A DNA stretch of 64,000 nucleotides from an uncultured Candidatus Binatia bacterium (GCA_965218425.1 OZ244621.1:1536001-1600000); one strand, 5' to 3'; shown: positions 1 to 10,718, numbered from the stretch's first letter. Translations and numbers: made by a program. Notes: generated from the sequence alone by a model not told the origin.

Positions 1-569
1 TAGAGTCTTTTGATTCCACTCTGGGCTTGGAGGAGGAGTTCCTTGGTGAGATTAAGGATTGCCTCGAAGGTACTTACCAGTGAGATTTGGGACACTAGCG
101 CCGTGGCGAGGACCAAAAGAGACAGGGCGATGAGAATTGTTCCTCCAAAACCCAACAAAGAGATGAGGACTTCCTTTGAATATCCTCCGACAATCCCTCC
201 CGTTTCTCTTGCGGTTTCCGACACGCGCGAAAGACTCAGGAAAATTGTGCCGCTCCAAAGAAAAAGCAGATAACCAATAGCCTTAGGCAGTTGGAGTCCT
301 TTAGGAGTTTCACGGAACAGATGGAAGGAGACCGCGAACAGAAAAAGTGGGAGAAGATAGGCGGTTAATCCTAGACCCTGAAGCAGGAAATCCGCCAGAT
401 AGGTCCCTACCACCCCACCCCAATTGCTGGTATTCACGTTCCCCGATGGGGTATTAAAGGAGCGGTCACTTGGATCATAGGAGGCGAGGCTTATGAGGAG
501 CAGGATGGCAATGACCGCAATCGCCATCCCCCAGATTTCCCGCATAAGCTTGGAACCTCTCATAATCAT
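1..569 (-). CDS. ftsK: DNA translocase FtsK, N-terminal 4TM region (runs off window start)
   Basis: Manual translation MIMRGSKLMREIWGMAIAVIAILLLISLASYDPSDRSFNT...NWGGVVGTYLADFLLQGLG matches the FtsK_4TM pattern; rnj-ftsK synteny is common. Confidence 0.85.
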   Translation of the reverse strand, partial: MIMRGSKLMREIWGMAIAVIAILLLISLASYDPSDRSFNTPSGNVNTSNWGGVVGTYLADFLLQGLGLTAYLLPLFLFAVSFHLFRETPKGLQLPKAIGYLLFLWSGTIFLSLSRVSETARETGGIVGGYSKEVLISLLGFGGTILIALSLLVLATALVSQISLVSTFEAILNLTKELLLQAQSGIKRL

Positions 570-651
570 GGGTTGTCCTTCGCATTGGCAAACATCGATC
601 TTGTTTCAAAGCCTGTTTGAGTTTCCCGTAACGGCCCTCTAAGGCCCTCAG

Positions 652-2307
652 CTACATCTCCATGATGAGTGGGACGATGACAGGCCGTCTCCCCAAGATC
701 TTATTGAAGTACCGGCGCAGTGTTTTGCGCACCTCTTCCTTTAGCTCCAAGGGATCCGTACGAATCTCCCGGCTAACCCCCCCCAAACTCTCCAACACCA
801 GTGTCTTTGCCTGTTCCAGGATCTCCTCCCCTTCCTCTGCCCCCGCGAAACCCCGTGAGATAATATCGGGACCTGCCACGAGTTCCCCCGTTTGCTGATG
901 GATGGCCATTACCACCAGGACCATCCCTTGTTCTGAAAGGTGACGGCGGTCACGGATGACCACGTCTGCCACATCACCGACACCTTTTCCATCAACAAAG
1001 ACCTTGCCCACCGGGACGGAATCCGCCCGTGCGGCGCCGCGGTCGGTTAACTCCAGGACTTCACCGTCCTCCAACAGGAAGCAGCTCTCCTCGGGAATCC
1101 CAACTCCTTGGGCCAGATGGATATGTCGGACTAAATTTCGGTATTCCCCGTGGATAGGGATGAAGTAACGCGGGCGGGTCAATTCAATCATGGTTTTCAA
1201 TTCGTCTTGGCTCGCGTGACCCGACACGTGGACGTCCGAGACTGTTTCGTAATGGACCTCTGCGCCGCGACGGTAGAGGTGATCGATCACATTCGCAATG
1301 GTCTTCTCGTTTCCCGGGATCACCCTTGCCGAAAGAATCACCGTGTCACCGCGCTCCACCTTGATCCACTTGTGATCGTCTAAGGCAACCCTATGGAGCA
1401 CCGATAGCGGCTCCCCCTGACTCCCTGTGGTCAGAAACACAACCTGGTCCCTGGCGAGATCCTGCCACTTCTCCGTTTCGGTCATGACATCATCAGGGAG
1501 ACTGAGGCATCCCAAATCCGACGCAATTCGCGCGTTGTTTAGCATACTTCGGCCGCTGAGAATCAGCGTGCGCTCGAAGCGCTCCGAGACGTCCGCCACC
1601 TGTTGGATGCGCGGAATATTGGATGAGAATGTTGATATGAAGATTCTACCTTCGCAACCCGAAAAGAGCCCCTCTAGATTTTTTCCCACCTCTCGTTCCG
1701 AGCGGGTACGACCCCAGCGTTCCACGTTGGTGGAGTCAGACAGGAGTAGCAAAACTCCCTTCTCCCCGTAGGCGGCAAAACTGTTGGCATCGAATAGCTC
1801 ACCGTCCATGGGAGTGAGATCGATCTTGAAGTCTCCGGTATGGATTACGACGCCGACAGGTGTCTCAATGGCCAAGGCCAGACAGTGGAGTAGGCTATGG
1901 GTGACGCGGATCCCTTCCAACTGAAAAGGGCCCAGCTCCCACCGGCGCCCCGCAGAGATCTCACGGAGCGTGGCTGTCTTTTCAAGATTGTGTTCCCTGA
2001 GCTTATTCCGTAGTAGTCCAAGGGTCAGCGTGGAGCCATAAATGGGAACGAGTAATTGCTTGAGGATATAGGGGAGGGCTCCGATATGGTCTTCATGGGC
2101 ATGGGTCAGGACGATCCCATGGAGTTTCTTCTTGCCATCCACGAGATAGCTGATATCGGGAATCACCAGATCGATACCCAAAAGGTCCGTTCCAGGAAAC
2201 ATCAATCCGCAATCGACGGCGATGACAGAATCGCCATATTCGATGAGCATCATGTTTGCCCCAAACTCACCCAGTCCTCCTAAGGGAATGATTCTCAGCG
2301 GATCCAA
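652..2307 (-). CDS. rnj: Ribonuclease J
   Basis: IIPLGGLGEFGANM, THAHEDHIG, HTGDFK, SDSTN and HVSGHA motifs; probable TTG start at 2307 overlapping the plsC stop. Confidence 0.95.
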   Translation of the reverse strand: MDPLRIIPLGGLGEFGANMMLIEYGDSVIAVDCGLMFPGTDLLGIDLVIPDISYLVDGKKKLHGIVLTHAHEDHIGALPYILKQLLVPIYGSTLTLGLLRNKLREHNLEKTATLREISAGRRWELGPFQLEGIRVTHSLLHCLALAIETPVGVVIHTGDFKIDLTPMDGELFDANSFAAYGEKGVLLLLSDSTNVERWGRTRSEREVGKNLEGLFSGCEGRIFISTFSSNIPRIQQVADVSERFERTLILSGRSMLNNARIASDLGCLSLPDDVMTETEKWQDLARDQVVFLTTGSQGEPLSVLHRVALDDHKWIKVERGDTVILSARVIPGNEKTIANVIDHLYRRGAEVHYETVSDVHVSGHASQDELKTMIELTRPRYFIPIHGEYRNLVRHIHLAQGVGIPEESCFLLEDGEVLELTDRGAARADSVPVGKVFVDGKGVGDVADVVIRDRRHLSEQGMVLVVMAIHQQTGELVAGPDIISRGFAGAEEGEEILEQAKTLVLESLGGVSREIRTDPLELKEEVRKTLRRYFNKILGRRPVIVPLIMEM

Positions 2308-3092
2308 GAGATACCTTTCCTCTCGACACCGGTTTGTGCGGGAAAAAACTCTACTGATTGATTTGGCAGATCGCCGGCAGAGGCGGCTTGGCAATGGTCG
2401 TTTGGCTCCATCGCCTCTCGCACCCGGGTCATAAGTTTTCCTAAGTTCTCCACACGATACTGATCAACGGGAATAGGTTCACTTACAATCACTTCTATCT
2501 GTCCTCCCTTAATGCGCCACACCCCTTTGGGCAAAATGGCTCCTGATCCGCGAATGGTCACAGGCACTATGGGCCTATGAGTCTGTACGGCAAGGAGAAA
2601 TCCACCTCTCTTGAAGGGAAGAAGGCTTTCCCCCATGCCGCGCGTGCCTTCGGGAAAGATCACCATGGAGATCCCCCTGTTGATTTTTTCCTTTGCCTTC
2701 CTGAGGCTAACCCTGGCTTGCGAAAGGTTCTGTCGATTCACAATCACATGCTTGGAACTCCACATGGCCCAACCGAAAAGGGGAATCCACAATAGCTCTC
2801 TCTTAGCTATCCAACGCAGTTGAAATCCCAGTAAAGCTTGCATCAACGCGGGAATATCGATATAGCTCCGATGGTTGGCGATAAAGATATAGGGGCGATT
2901 CGGGTCGAGCCGTTCCAGCCCTTGTACCTTAAGTTGAATGCCAAATACCTTTAAAATGGACCAGGTCCAGAATCGGGAAATGTGGTAGGCCAGCCTCCCA
3001 TCTCGATCAAATGGTGCCAAAAAGATTATCAGGGTGCCTGTAGGAAGAGTGAGGAGGCCTAGAAGCAGCAGCTTGAGGCTATAAGGCATCAA
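2295..3092 (-). CDS. plsC: 1-acyl-sn-glycerol-3-phosphate acyltransferase
   Basis: NHRSYID (HX4D) and FPEGTR motifs. Confidence 0.9.
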   Translation of the reverse strand: MMPYSLKLLLLGLLTLPTGTLIIFLAPFDRDGRLAYHISRFWTWSILKVFGIQLKVQGLERLDPNRPYIFIANHRSYIDIPALMQALLGFQLRWIAKRELLWIPLFGWAMWSSKHVIVNRQNLSQARVSLRKAKEKINRGISMVIFPEGTRGMGESLLPFKRGGFLLAVQTHRPIVPVTIRGSGAILPKGVWRIKGGQIEVIVSEPIPVDQYRVENLGKLMTRVREAMEPNDHCQAASAGDLPNQSVEFFPAQTGVERKGISWIR

Positions 3093-3251
3093 AAGGTAAT
3101 TAATTTAGTATAAATTTCAAATAATACAAACAAGTTAGTGTAAGTCATCGTTGAGAAAAAAGCAATAAAACAGTGATTTTTTTGTTGACTCGGAAATTGG
3201 CCGGGACTAATGTCGTTGCTCCAATAACGAGCAGGGAATCGAGATTTCGCC

Positions 3252-3674
3252 ATGTCAGTCAATAAGGTTATGCTCATAGGAAATCTGGGTAAAGACCCAG
3301 AAGTCCGTTTTACTGCCAGTGGGCGGGCAATGGCCCGCTTTCCCATTGCCACCTCCGAGTTCTGGATGGATGCCGAAGGCCAACGTCAAGAGAGGACGGA
3401 GTGGCATAACATTGTGGTCTGGGGTAAGCAGGGAGAAACCTGCGGGCAGTATTTGGCTAAAGGGAGGCAGGTTTTTGTGGAAGGGAGCATCCGAAGTCGC
3501 TCCTACGACGACAAGAGCGGGAACAAACGTTATGTGACCGAGATTATAGCCCAGAGGGTTCGCTTTCTTGGAGGTGGAGGCGGAGGACGCATGGCCCCTG
3601 AGGCCGGAGGCCCGGTTGAGGATCCCGCCGCCGGTGGAGACACCCCACCCATGGATGATGATATCCCCTTCTAG
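3252..3674 (+). CDS. ssb: Single-stranded DNA-binding protein
   Basis: [22 protein letters not shown]-terminal DDDIPF. Confidence 0.97.
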   Translation: MSVNKVMLIGNLGKDPEVRFTASGRAMARFPIATSEFWMDAEGQRQERTEWHNIVVWGKQGETCGQYLAKGRQVFVEGSIRSRSYDDKSGNKRYVTEIIAQRVRFLGGGGGGRMAPEAGGPVEDPAAGGDTPPMDDDIPF

Positions 3675-3770
3675 CGCATCACGATCCTCGATCCTACCCC
3701 CATCTTAAGGGCCGTATGCCACACAACGACTCTTGATTCGTTCCTTGCCGCGAGAACCCAACTAACGGTC

Positions 3771-4631
3771 ATGTGGCCCGAGTTCATCGCCATTATGTCG
3801 GCCATGGGATGGGCGACAGACGCCATCTTGGTGCGCAAAGGCGCGCGCACCTCAAACGTTTACGCCGCGGCTCTCATTAGTTTTATTATCACCGCCATTC
3901 TCCTGTGGACCATCGTTATCCTCTTTTTCCCGCTCCATCTCCTCTGGACTCCCGCCACGGTTTATTTTGTCCTCAGCGGGTTGATCCAACCCTTTTTAGC
4001 CCGGTTGCTGCATTACATCGGCCTCACCAGGCTTGGGGTTGCCCGCTCGGGTTCATTGCGCGGCGCAAGCCCTCTATTTGCCGTTGTCCTTGCAGTGGCC
4101 TTTCTGGGGGAGCGGCCCAACTTGTTTGTCTATGGAGGGACGCTCTTCACGGTGGCGGGGGTATGGGTCATTTTATATCGTGACGAGGGCGGGAGCCAAT
4201 GGAAACTCTTCGACGTTATCTTTCCCCTTGGTGCATCCTTTGTGGCCGCCATATCCCAAAACCTGCGCAAAAAGGGACTCCTTTTGCTTCCCAATCCCTT
4301 CGTGGGCGGGGCCATCACCACCACAACGTCCCTAACCCTGTATATAATATCCATCATCATCTCTGGGAAATACCGCCTTGTTAGGCCTGATCGAACGAGC
4401 CTGCCTTATTTTGTAACCTCCGCTTTTGTTGCAGCGTCATCGCAGTTTTTGGTCTTCTTGGCACTCAGCAAAGGAGATGTCTCCGCTATGGTTCCGTTGA
4501 TCAATACGACACCTTTCTTTTCAGTCCTGTTCAGCGCCATCTTTTTACGGGATTTGGAGCAGGTAACCTCCAAGTTATTCTTTGGTTCTATACTTTTGGT
4601 GACAGGTATGGTCCTGATTACCACCCGGTAG
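3771..4631 (+). CDS. DMT/EamA family transporter
   Basis: About 10 hydrophobic segments in two repeats, SPLFAVVLAVAFLGE. Confidence 0.85.
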   Translation: MWPEFIAIMSAMGWATDAILVRKGARTSNVYAAALISFIITAILLWTIVILFFPLHLLWTPATVYFVLSGLIQPFLARLLHYIGLTRLGVARSGSLRGASPLFAVVLAVAFLGERPNLFVYGGTLFTVAGVWVILYRDEGGSQWKLFDVIFPLGASFVAAISQNLRKKGLLLLPNPFVGGAITTTTSLTLYIISIIISGKYRLVRPDRTSLPYFVTSAFVAASSQFLVFLALSKGDVSAMVPLINTTPFFSVLFSAIFLRDLEQVTSKLFFGSILLVTGMVLITTR

Positions 4632-4654
4632 AATAGGCCGGTCTGAAGGCGTAC

Positions 4655-5632
4655 TCACGAAACGCAATTTTTTTTGTCACCCTGGTGGAAGGCCTTGATA
4701 TTCTCTTCCACTTCCGCCAGCAACCGTTGGCGGGCCTCCTTGGCGGTCCAGGCGCAGTGGGGGGTGACGAGGAGGTTGTCCAATTCATGGGTTGCCCTTA
4801 CGAGCAGGTGGTTTTCAGAAGGGGGCTCCTCCGTTAGTACGTCCACTGCTGCTCCACTTAGACGCTTTTTCTTGAGGGCGTCAACTAGGGCAAGCTCATT
4901 GACCAGACCCCCTCTGGCCGTATTGATGAGAAAGGCTGTGGGTTTCATCAGTCGAATTGTGCGTTGGTCCAACAAGGACTTTGTTTCTGATGTCAGCGGA
5001 CAGTGAAGCGTGACGAAATCTGCTGTGGCCAATAAATCAGCAAAGGGAATGCGACCACTTGGAACGGGACCCGAAGAACCGGGACGGGCTGAGACCAAAA
5101 CCTCCATACCAAGCCCCCGGGCGATTTGAGCCACGGCTTGTCCGATGCTGCCATAGCCTATAATTCCCAACGTTTTGCCGGTGAGCTCTACGGATGGGAA
5201 ATCCAATCGGGTGAATGTCGCGCTCTTTTGCCACGCCCCGGAGCGTACTAACTGAGCGTACCGCCCCGCGTGAGTTGCCAGCTCGAGGATGAGGGCCATG
5301 GTAAACTGGGCCACCGCGTTGGTGGCGTATCCCGGGACGTTGACCACTGTAATCCCTCGCTCATTGGCAGCCTTCAAGTCCACTTTGTCTGTCCCTGTGG
5401 CTGCCACGGCAATCAGTTCAAGGCCTTCGGCCTCGGGAGACGCGAGTACCGTGCGGTCCATGATGATCTTATTAATCACCACGGCCTGTGCCCCCTTCAG
5501 TCGATTTACCACCTCAGCCGGGGTAGATGTTCCATGGAGTGTGCAATCCCAATGGGACGTAAAACTTCCGAGGGAGACATCGCCGAAAGTGGCAGCATCC
5601 AGGAAAACGAGTCGGAAAGGGCTTTTTTTCAT
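4655..5632 (-). CDS. D-2-hydroxyacid dehydrogenase (glycerate dehydrogenase-like)
   Basis: GIIGYGSIG, LHCPLT, INTARG, DVLTEEP, TPHCAW. Confidence 0.92.
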   Translation of the reverse strand: MKKSPFRLVFLDAATFGDVSLGSFTSHWDCTLHGTSTPAEVVNRLKGAQAVVINKIIMDRTVLASPEAEGLELIAVAATGTDKVDLKAANERGITVVNVPGYATNAVAQFTMALILELATHAGRYAQLVRSGAWQKSATFTRLDFPSVELTGKTLGIIGYGSIGQAVAQIARGLGMEVLVSARPGSSGPVPSGRIPFADLLATADFVTLHCPLTSETKSLLDQRTIRLMKPTAFLINTARGGLVNELALVDALKKKRLSGAAVDVLTEEPPSENHLLVRATHELDNLLVTPHCAWTAKEARQRLLAEVEENIKAFHQGDKKNCVS

Positions 5633-5732
5633 GGCGTTGTCCGTTCATGGATCTTAGTGCAAATGAATCGAAACTGTCCAGCCCCAAGATCACCTCGCGC
5701 CCTGGATCAATCGACGATTAGACGGTGAAACA

Positions 5733-6158
5733 ATGGATAATTCTGAGATTGCAGTCTACTTGACTGCTTTCATTGCACCCGTTAATCCACTGCCCCCATT
5801 CCCAAAGCTCCACGGTGCGAAGCGTCTTTCAGGCCCCTCTCACGTACACTCGCGGGTCCACGAGGGGAATGAGGATGAAGGGCGTGGGCATCGAACGAGC
5901 GGCTTCAGATATTCAACGGTGGGCGTAATTTTTATAAGACAAGGTTTCGAAAAAAACGGACCCTCCGGAGCGCTGCTTTTTCCCCTGGGATTTTGGCTTG
6001 GGGCGGGCACCTTGAATCTCTTGGTGGTTTACCTGGCGGCTCGTGGGAGGCGGATGCTGCCACCTCGCCTGGAACCCTATTTGCATCGCCTCTCCGGAGT
6101 CCTTTTGATTGGAAGCGGGGCGTTGGTGGCTCTCAGGACCTGGTGGACTTTTTTTTGA
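5733..6158 (+). pseudogene. LysE-like membrane protein remnant
   Basis: C-terminal LGFWLGAGTLNLLVVYLAARGRR...HRLSGVLLIGSG resembles the last LysE helices; the middle is hydrophilic and non-homologous; too short. Confidence 0.45.
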
Positions 6159-6170
6159 TAGCCGGCTTCG

Positions 6171-6197
6171 AACTTGGGGGGCTGCCCAAGTCTTTTT
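6171..6197. terminator. Hairpin between convergent genes
   Basis: ACTTGGG-ggctg-CCCAAGT followed by a T run. Confidence 0.5.
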
Positions 6198-6200
6198 GGC

Positions 6201-6992
6201 TCAGCTTTTTTTTGCCTCCTCCCAAATAACGTCCAACTCTTCCATGGAGGTCTCAGCAAAGGATTTTCCGCGTTCCTGTAGTTGCTTTGCAATATAATCG
6301 AAGCGCCTGCCGAATCGGTTGACGCATTGGGTTAATGATTCTTCCGCTTCGATATGGAGAAAGCGACATAGGTTCACCAAAGAAAAAAAGACATCGCCCA
6401 TCTCGTCCGCAATCCGGTCTTTGTGCTGAGTTGAGGCGACCGATTTGAGTTCGGCTAGCTCCTCTTCGATTTTAAGCCACACCGGATTGGGTCCTGACCA
6501 GTCGAGACCAAAGTGGGATGCCCTCTCACCGGCTCGCTGGGCCCGTGCCAGGGCGGGCATGGCCTTTGGGAGGTCGCCCAGTGGGTGAGCTACCGCGTCC
6601 GTTGCCTTTTCTTTGGCTTTTGCCCTGACCCAATGTTTTAGAACGGCTTCGGAATCGGGCAAATGGTGGTCCGAGAAAACATGCGGATGACGGCGAATCA
6701 GTTTATCTTTCAGTCGCGATAGGACCTGTTCCGCGTTAAAACGACCTTGTTCTGAAGCGATCTGGCAGTGAAAGAGAAACTGCAGCAAAAGATCACCCAA
6801 CTCTTCTTCCATATCCTCTGTTTGGTTTTTCTCGATGGCCTCCAGGAGTTCGTAGGTCTCCTCCAAAAGGAATCTTTTAAGCGAACTATGGGTTTGCTCT
6901 TTGTCCCAGGGACAACCATCGTTGCCACGAAGCCGGGCCATAATGCCGGTGAGCTCAGTAAACCTCTTGCCTGGGTCCGGTTTTTTTTTCAT
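6201..6992 (-). CDS. mazG: Nucleoside triphosphate pyrophosphohydrolase MazG
   Basis: GCPWDKEQT, EETYE, EELGDLL, KLIRRHPHVF, EMGDVFF; ATG at 6992 with GGAGG RBS. Confidence 0.95.
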   Translation of the reverse strand: MKKKPDPGKRFTELTGIMARLRGNDGCPWDKEQTHSSLKRFLLEETYELLEAIEKNQTEDMEEELGDLLLQFLFHCQIASEQGRFNAEQVLSRLKDKLIRRHPHVFSDHHLPDSEAVLKHWVRAKAKEKATDAVAHPLGDLPKAMPALARAQRAGERASHFGLDWSGPNPVWLKIEEELAELKSVASTQHKDRIADEMGDVFFSLVNLCRFLHIEAEESLTQCVNRFGRRFDYIAKQLQERGKSFAETSMEELDVIWEEAKKS

Positions 6993-7068
6993 AGCACCTC
7001 CCAACATAATTTCACCAACACTCCCATTCCCGGCTCCGTTGCTGTGCGCTCCCAATCACCCTTGAAGT

Positions 7069-7268
7069 CAACGGTATCTAAGCAGGCCCAAACCAGACGG
7101 CCTGTTTGTAGGCAATCTCAGTAAGGCTGAGCGAGACAGTATAGTTGGCCGTGCGGTGGATGGTTACGGGTACAGCCGGACAGAGGTGGCCGATTATCTA
7201 GGCCTGCACTACGCTACGGTCAGCCGGTCGGCAAACAAGGAGTGATACAAGATACATGACGTGCCCCC
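7069..7268 (+). pseudogene. 3' remnant of a RAYT (REP-associated Y1 transposase) with C-terminal HTH and terminal motif
   Basis: QRYLSRP...ERDSIVGRAVDGYGYSRTEVADYLGLHYATVSRSANKE* followed by CAAGATACATGACGTGCCCCC. Confidence 0.7.
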
Positions 7269-7303
7269 GGTGTTACTATTCGCCGGACGCCTGCGACGGT
7301 GCG

Positions 7304-8038
7304 TTAGGGCAATGAGAACCGGATGCTGGCGCCGAGGTGATGCCCTCCGTATTCACTGTCGAAGTTGCGGTCGCTCAACTTACCCTTCAGGGCTGGATCC
7401 TGGGTGCCGAAGTACCGATAGTCCAGGCTCAGGGTCGTGGCCGGGGTGATCTCGTACCCGATCCCCCCTCCCACCTGATACGCGAACACGGCGTCGTTGT
7501 CGTCGAGAAGTTTCCGGCCGGTAGTCGGAGACGTCGACTCACCCGAAAGGAAGGCAACTCCGACACCGCCGCCGACATAGGGTTTCCAGCCGGATCCTAC
7601 ATCGATGTCGTAGTACCCATTGAACATGAGGGTAACCGTCGAGACAGCGCCACTGGTGTCCTGTTTTCCCAACAGGCTTTGACGGGCCTGAGGGTTGTCC
7701 CGCTGGGAGGGCGGTAGGAGGTCGATGAGGGCGCCGGGACTCTTGACGTTAATTTTATCCAAGTCATTCCTACGGTAGCCGACTTCACCTTCGACTCGTA
7801 AGCCATTGGTAAAAGCGTACCCGACCGCGCCGTTCACGGCGAAACCCGTATCGCTGCTGCTGTCGACGTCGAGTGCGGGATAGTCGTCTACGGCTCGGCG
7901 GGTGTTGCTGGCGCCGTTCGGAAAGGTGGCCCCACCACCGACCCCAATATACACCCCGCCATCGGCCCCTACCTCACCAACCGTCAGCAAGCCTGCTACG
8001 GCGAGGGAAAAGATCAATGCAAAGAATGTTCTCCGCAT
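7304..8038 (-). CDS. Outer membrane beta-barrel protein (OmpW/Msp4-like)
   Basis: Signal peptide, YIGVGGG, GLRVEGEVGYRRN, KPYVGGGVG, AYQVGGG; AGGAGG RBS. Confidence 0.85.
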   Translation of the reverse strand: MRRTFFALIFSLAVAGLLTVGEVGADGGVYIGVGGGATFPNGASNTRRAVDDYPALDVDSSSDTGFAVNGAVGYAFTNGLRVEGEVGYRRNDLDKINVKSPGALIDLLPPSQRDNPQARQSLLGKQDTSGAVSTVTLMFNGYYDIDVGSGWKPYVGGGVGVAFLSGESTSPTTGRKLLDDNDAVFAYQVGGGIGYEITPATTLSLDYRYFGTQDPALKGKLSDRNFDSEYGGHHLGASIRFSLP

Positions 8039-8331
8039 ACCCGACCTCCTTGATCTCAAACGGCCAGAGGCACAGGCACCCTCACACATAAAGGGGCACC
8101 TGACCCCGTGGTTAGTATAACCAACTGTTATCTCAGCAATCCGGTGTAATCAAGAGATCGTAGACCTGCCGCCGGATCAGCGCCGCTGATTAGGATGGAC
8201 TCGCGTGCGTTGAGGAAAGGTTCGGTTCGCACGTAGCCCAGCCGTGCCAGCTCCGCCACGCCCGCCGCCGTCGCCCGATCCAATTCATTTCGCTCGTTTT
8301 CATTCATTTTATTTTATCCTGTTCGGCCTTT

Positions 8332-8640
8332 CTACAAAACCTTCTCGGCCTGGTGAGCACGACAAGCGTCGTCAGGCGCGGCTATTTCCACAAGCTCCGC
8401 CTTGGTCCGCGCGTTACGCTCCGCCCGCGCCGCATCGTCCGGTGCCTGGCCCGGTATGTAGTCTCCGCCGCCGGTCACATTTCCATCCCCGCCGCGCGAG
8501 TCTTCCCTATTTTGCCGCCCCTTCCGCCCGAGAGCCGGCGCGAGGGCCCTGCGCATGGCCTCCTTCCCGCGGGCGCGGACCAAGTGGTTGAAGTCGGTCA
8601 TGCCCTTGGCCCTTTCCTCCGCCGTGAACGGCGGCTCAGC
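8332..8640 (-). pseudogene. C-terminal fragment of a plasmid-type TOPRIM primase (TraC-like)
   Basis: PFTAEERAKGMTDFNHLVRARGKEAMRRAL resembles the TOPRIM C-terminal TDFNDL motif; no N-terminal part. Confidence 0.4.
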
Positions 8641-8672
8641 GGAGTCTCTGCGTCAGCGGGCGGCAAACATGT

Positions 8673-9950
8673 TCAGCCCGCTTTTGCCCGGGCCCGCTCT
8701 TTGCCAGCTTCCTCGTCAACCCGACGCAATAGCACGAAGCCGGCAACGAACAAGACCACGACTACGGCCATGCCGGCCCGTTGCGAGGTGAAAATGCGCG
8801 TCAATTCGCCCAGCAGGAACGGACCCAGAAAGGCGGTGGCCTTGCCCGAGAAGGCGAACAGGCCGTAGAACTCGTTCCCTTTATCGGGCGGCACAAAGCG
8901 GCCCATTAGGGAACGGCTGGCCGCCTGGTTGGGTCCCGCGCACAGGCCGATAAGGATGCCGGCGGCCCAAAAAAGCATCCGCTCCTGGGTGAGCAGGGCC
9001 AGCACGGAGGCCGCAACAAAGCCGATCAAGCTGATCTGGATTGTACGCTTGCCACCCAGCCAATCGTCGACAAAGCCCAGGGTAAAGGCGCCGATGCCGG
9101 CGGCCATATTGAGAACGAGGCCAAAGACCAGGAGATCCTTAAAGGTGAAGCCAAAGGTGCCGGCCGCGTAAATGCCCCCAAAGGCAAAAACCGTGTTCAG
9201 GCCGTCGTTGTAGAGCAGCCGGGCCACCAATAGGCGGAAAACATCGGGGTAGCTCCGCACTTGGCGGAAGGTCGAAACCAACTGGCCGAAGGAGACGGAC
9301 AAGAGCCGTCGAGAGGTGGCGAAGGGCGGCGGTTTTTCCTTGACCCACAAAAACAGCGGCAGGCTGAACAGAGCAAACCAGCAGGCCACCAACAGGTTGG
9401 TCGCCCTGATGTGCTGATGGTCTTCCCTGCCGAAACCGAGCCATGGAATCTCGGCATCGACAAAGCCCACCAGGGCCAGGCCCAGAGCCGCCAGACCGCC
9501 GACGTAGCCCAGAGCCCAGCCGTAGCCCGAAATGCGCCCTATTCTGTCCGGCGGTGCGACGTCGGGCAGAAAGGCATTGTAGAACACCAGGCCCATCTCG
9601 AAGGCGATATTGCCCACCGTGAACCAGAGCAGCGCTTTGACGACCTGGCCGGGCAGGGCGGTGTAGAGAAGGGTCGAGCCCACTATGGCCAGAAACGTGA
9701 AAAAACCGAGGAAGCGTTTGCGATAGCCGCCGCGGTCGGCTAGGGCGCCCAACAGCGGCGATAACAAGGCCACGGCTATGGCGCTCAGGCTGACGCTTTT
9801 GGACCACAGCCAGGTGCCAGTCACCTCGTCGGGGGCGATGACCTTGATGAAGAAAGCAGCGTAGATGAAGGTGACGACAAGGGTCGTGAAGGCCGAATTG
9901 GCAAAGTCATAAAAGCACCAGGCGACGATGGCGCGGCGGTTTGTCGGCAT
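8673..9950 (-). CDS. MFS transporter, UMF1/Atg22-like family
   Basis: AWCFYDFANSAF, FYNAFLPD, GRISGYGWALGY, QAASRSLM. Confidence 0.9.
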   Translation of the reverse strand: MPTNRRAIVAWCFYDFANSAFTTLVVTFIYAAFFIKVIAPDEVTGTWLWSKSVSLSAIAVALLSPLLGALADRGGYRKRFLGFFTFLAIVGSTLLYTALPGQVVKALLWFTVGNIAFEMGLVFYNAFLPDVAPPDRIGRISGYGWALGYVGGLAALGLALVGFVDAEIPWLGFGREDHQHIRATNLLVACWFALFSLPLFLWVKEKPPPFATSRRLLSVSFGQLVSTFRQVRSYPDVFRLLVARLLYNDGLNTVFAFGGIYAAGTFGFTFKDLLVFGLVLNMAAGIGAFTLGFVDDWLGGKRTIQISLIGFVAASVLALLTQERMLFWAAGILIGLCAGPNQAASRSLMGRFVPPDKGNEFYGLFAFSGKATAFLGPFLLGELTRIFTSQRAGMAVVVVLFVAGFVLLRRVDEEAGKERARAKAG

Positions 9951-10247
9951 AGGGGCTCCGAGGGCTGCAGCGACGCTCAGGCATGCTCAGGCACGCCAGA
10001 CCCCCTGCCGCTCCACGCAATCCTGGTTTGATTCGAGCTGCGTTGGCGAGGCCATGGTGCGTGTTGCAAACTCTCTTGGAATGAGATGAAATAAAATAGC
10101 ACATGGATAGCACGGCGGAGCGCCCGAAGCTAGATGCGAAAGCATATACCCGTGAGAATACCGGCGGGAGAGACTCTGGATACCGCGCCGGTTCATGGAG
10201 CTGGACGGATGGGAGAGCTTTGGGTGACTTCATGGGAGGAGGGATTC

Positions 10248-10718
10248 ATGAATCGCGGAAAAAACATCGGGCGTGTGGTGATTCCGATGCTTTTCATCAT
10301 AGCCTTGACGGTCGCCGTGAGCACGGCGTTGGCCATTGAGCCGGTGTTCTCGACCTATCTCGGCGGCGCCATCCGGGGATATGACCCCGTGGCATATTTC
10401 ACCGAGGGCCGGCCGGTTCGGGGAAAGAGCGCCCATCGGCTCGAGTGGATGGGGGCGACCTGGTACTTTGCCAGCGCTAAGAATCGGGAATCGTTCGAGG
10501 CGAAGCCGGAAAAGTACGCCCCCCGGTACGGCGGCTACTGCGCCTGGGCGGTAAGCCAGGGGTATACCGCCAGCACCGACCCGGACGCCTGGAGTATCGT
10601 GGAGGGCGCGCTCTACCTCAACTACAGCCTGGGTGTCAAGAAGCAGTGGGAGCAGGACATCCCCGGCAACATCGCCAAAGCGGACGTGAACTGGCCCAAG
10701 ATCCTGCAACGGAAATAA
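10248..10718 (+). CDS. YHS domain-containing secreted protein
   Basis: Signal peptide, AIRGYDPVAYF, PEKYAPRYGGYCAWAV, GALYLNY, IAKADVNWP. Confidence 0.9.
   Translation: MNRGKNIGRVVIPMLFIIALTVAVSTALAIEPVFSTYLGGAIRGYDPVAYFTEGRPVRGKSAHRLEWMGATWYFASAKNRESFEAKPEKYAPRYGGYCAWAVSQGYTASTDPDAWSIVEGALYLNYSLGVKKQWEQDIPGNIAKADVNWPKILQRK

Noticed and set aside
2308..2394. Extended N-terminus of RNase J
   Set aside because: Overlaps plsC; homology begins at the TTG at 2307
6981..6989. A9 tract at the mazG start as a phase-variation switch
   Set aside because: In-frame Lys codons in a housekeeping gene; no evidence of slippage
10248..10718. Selenoprotein form of the YHS protein
   Set aside because: The position is a TGC Cys codon with no in-frame TGA
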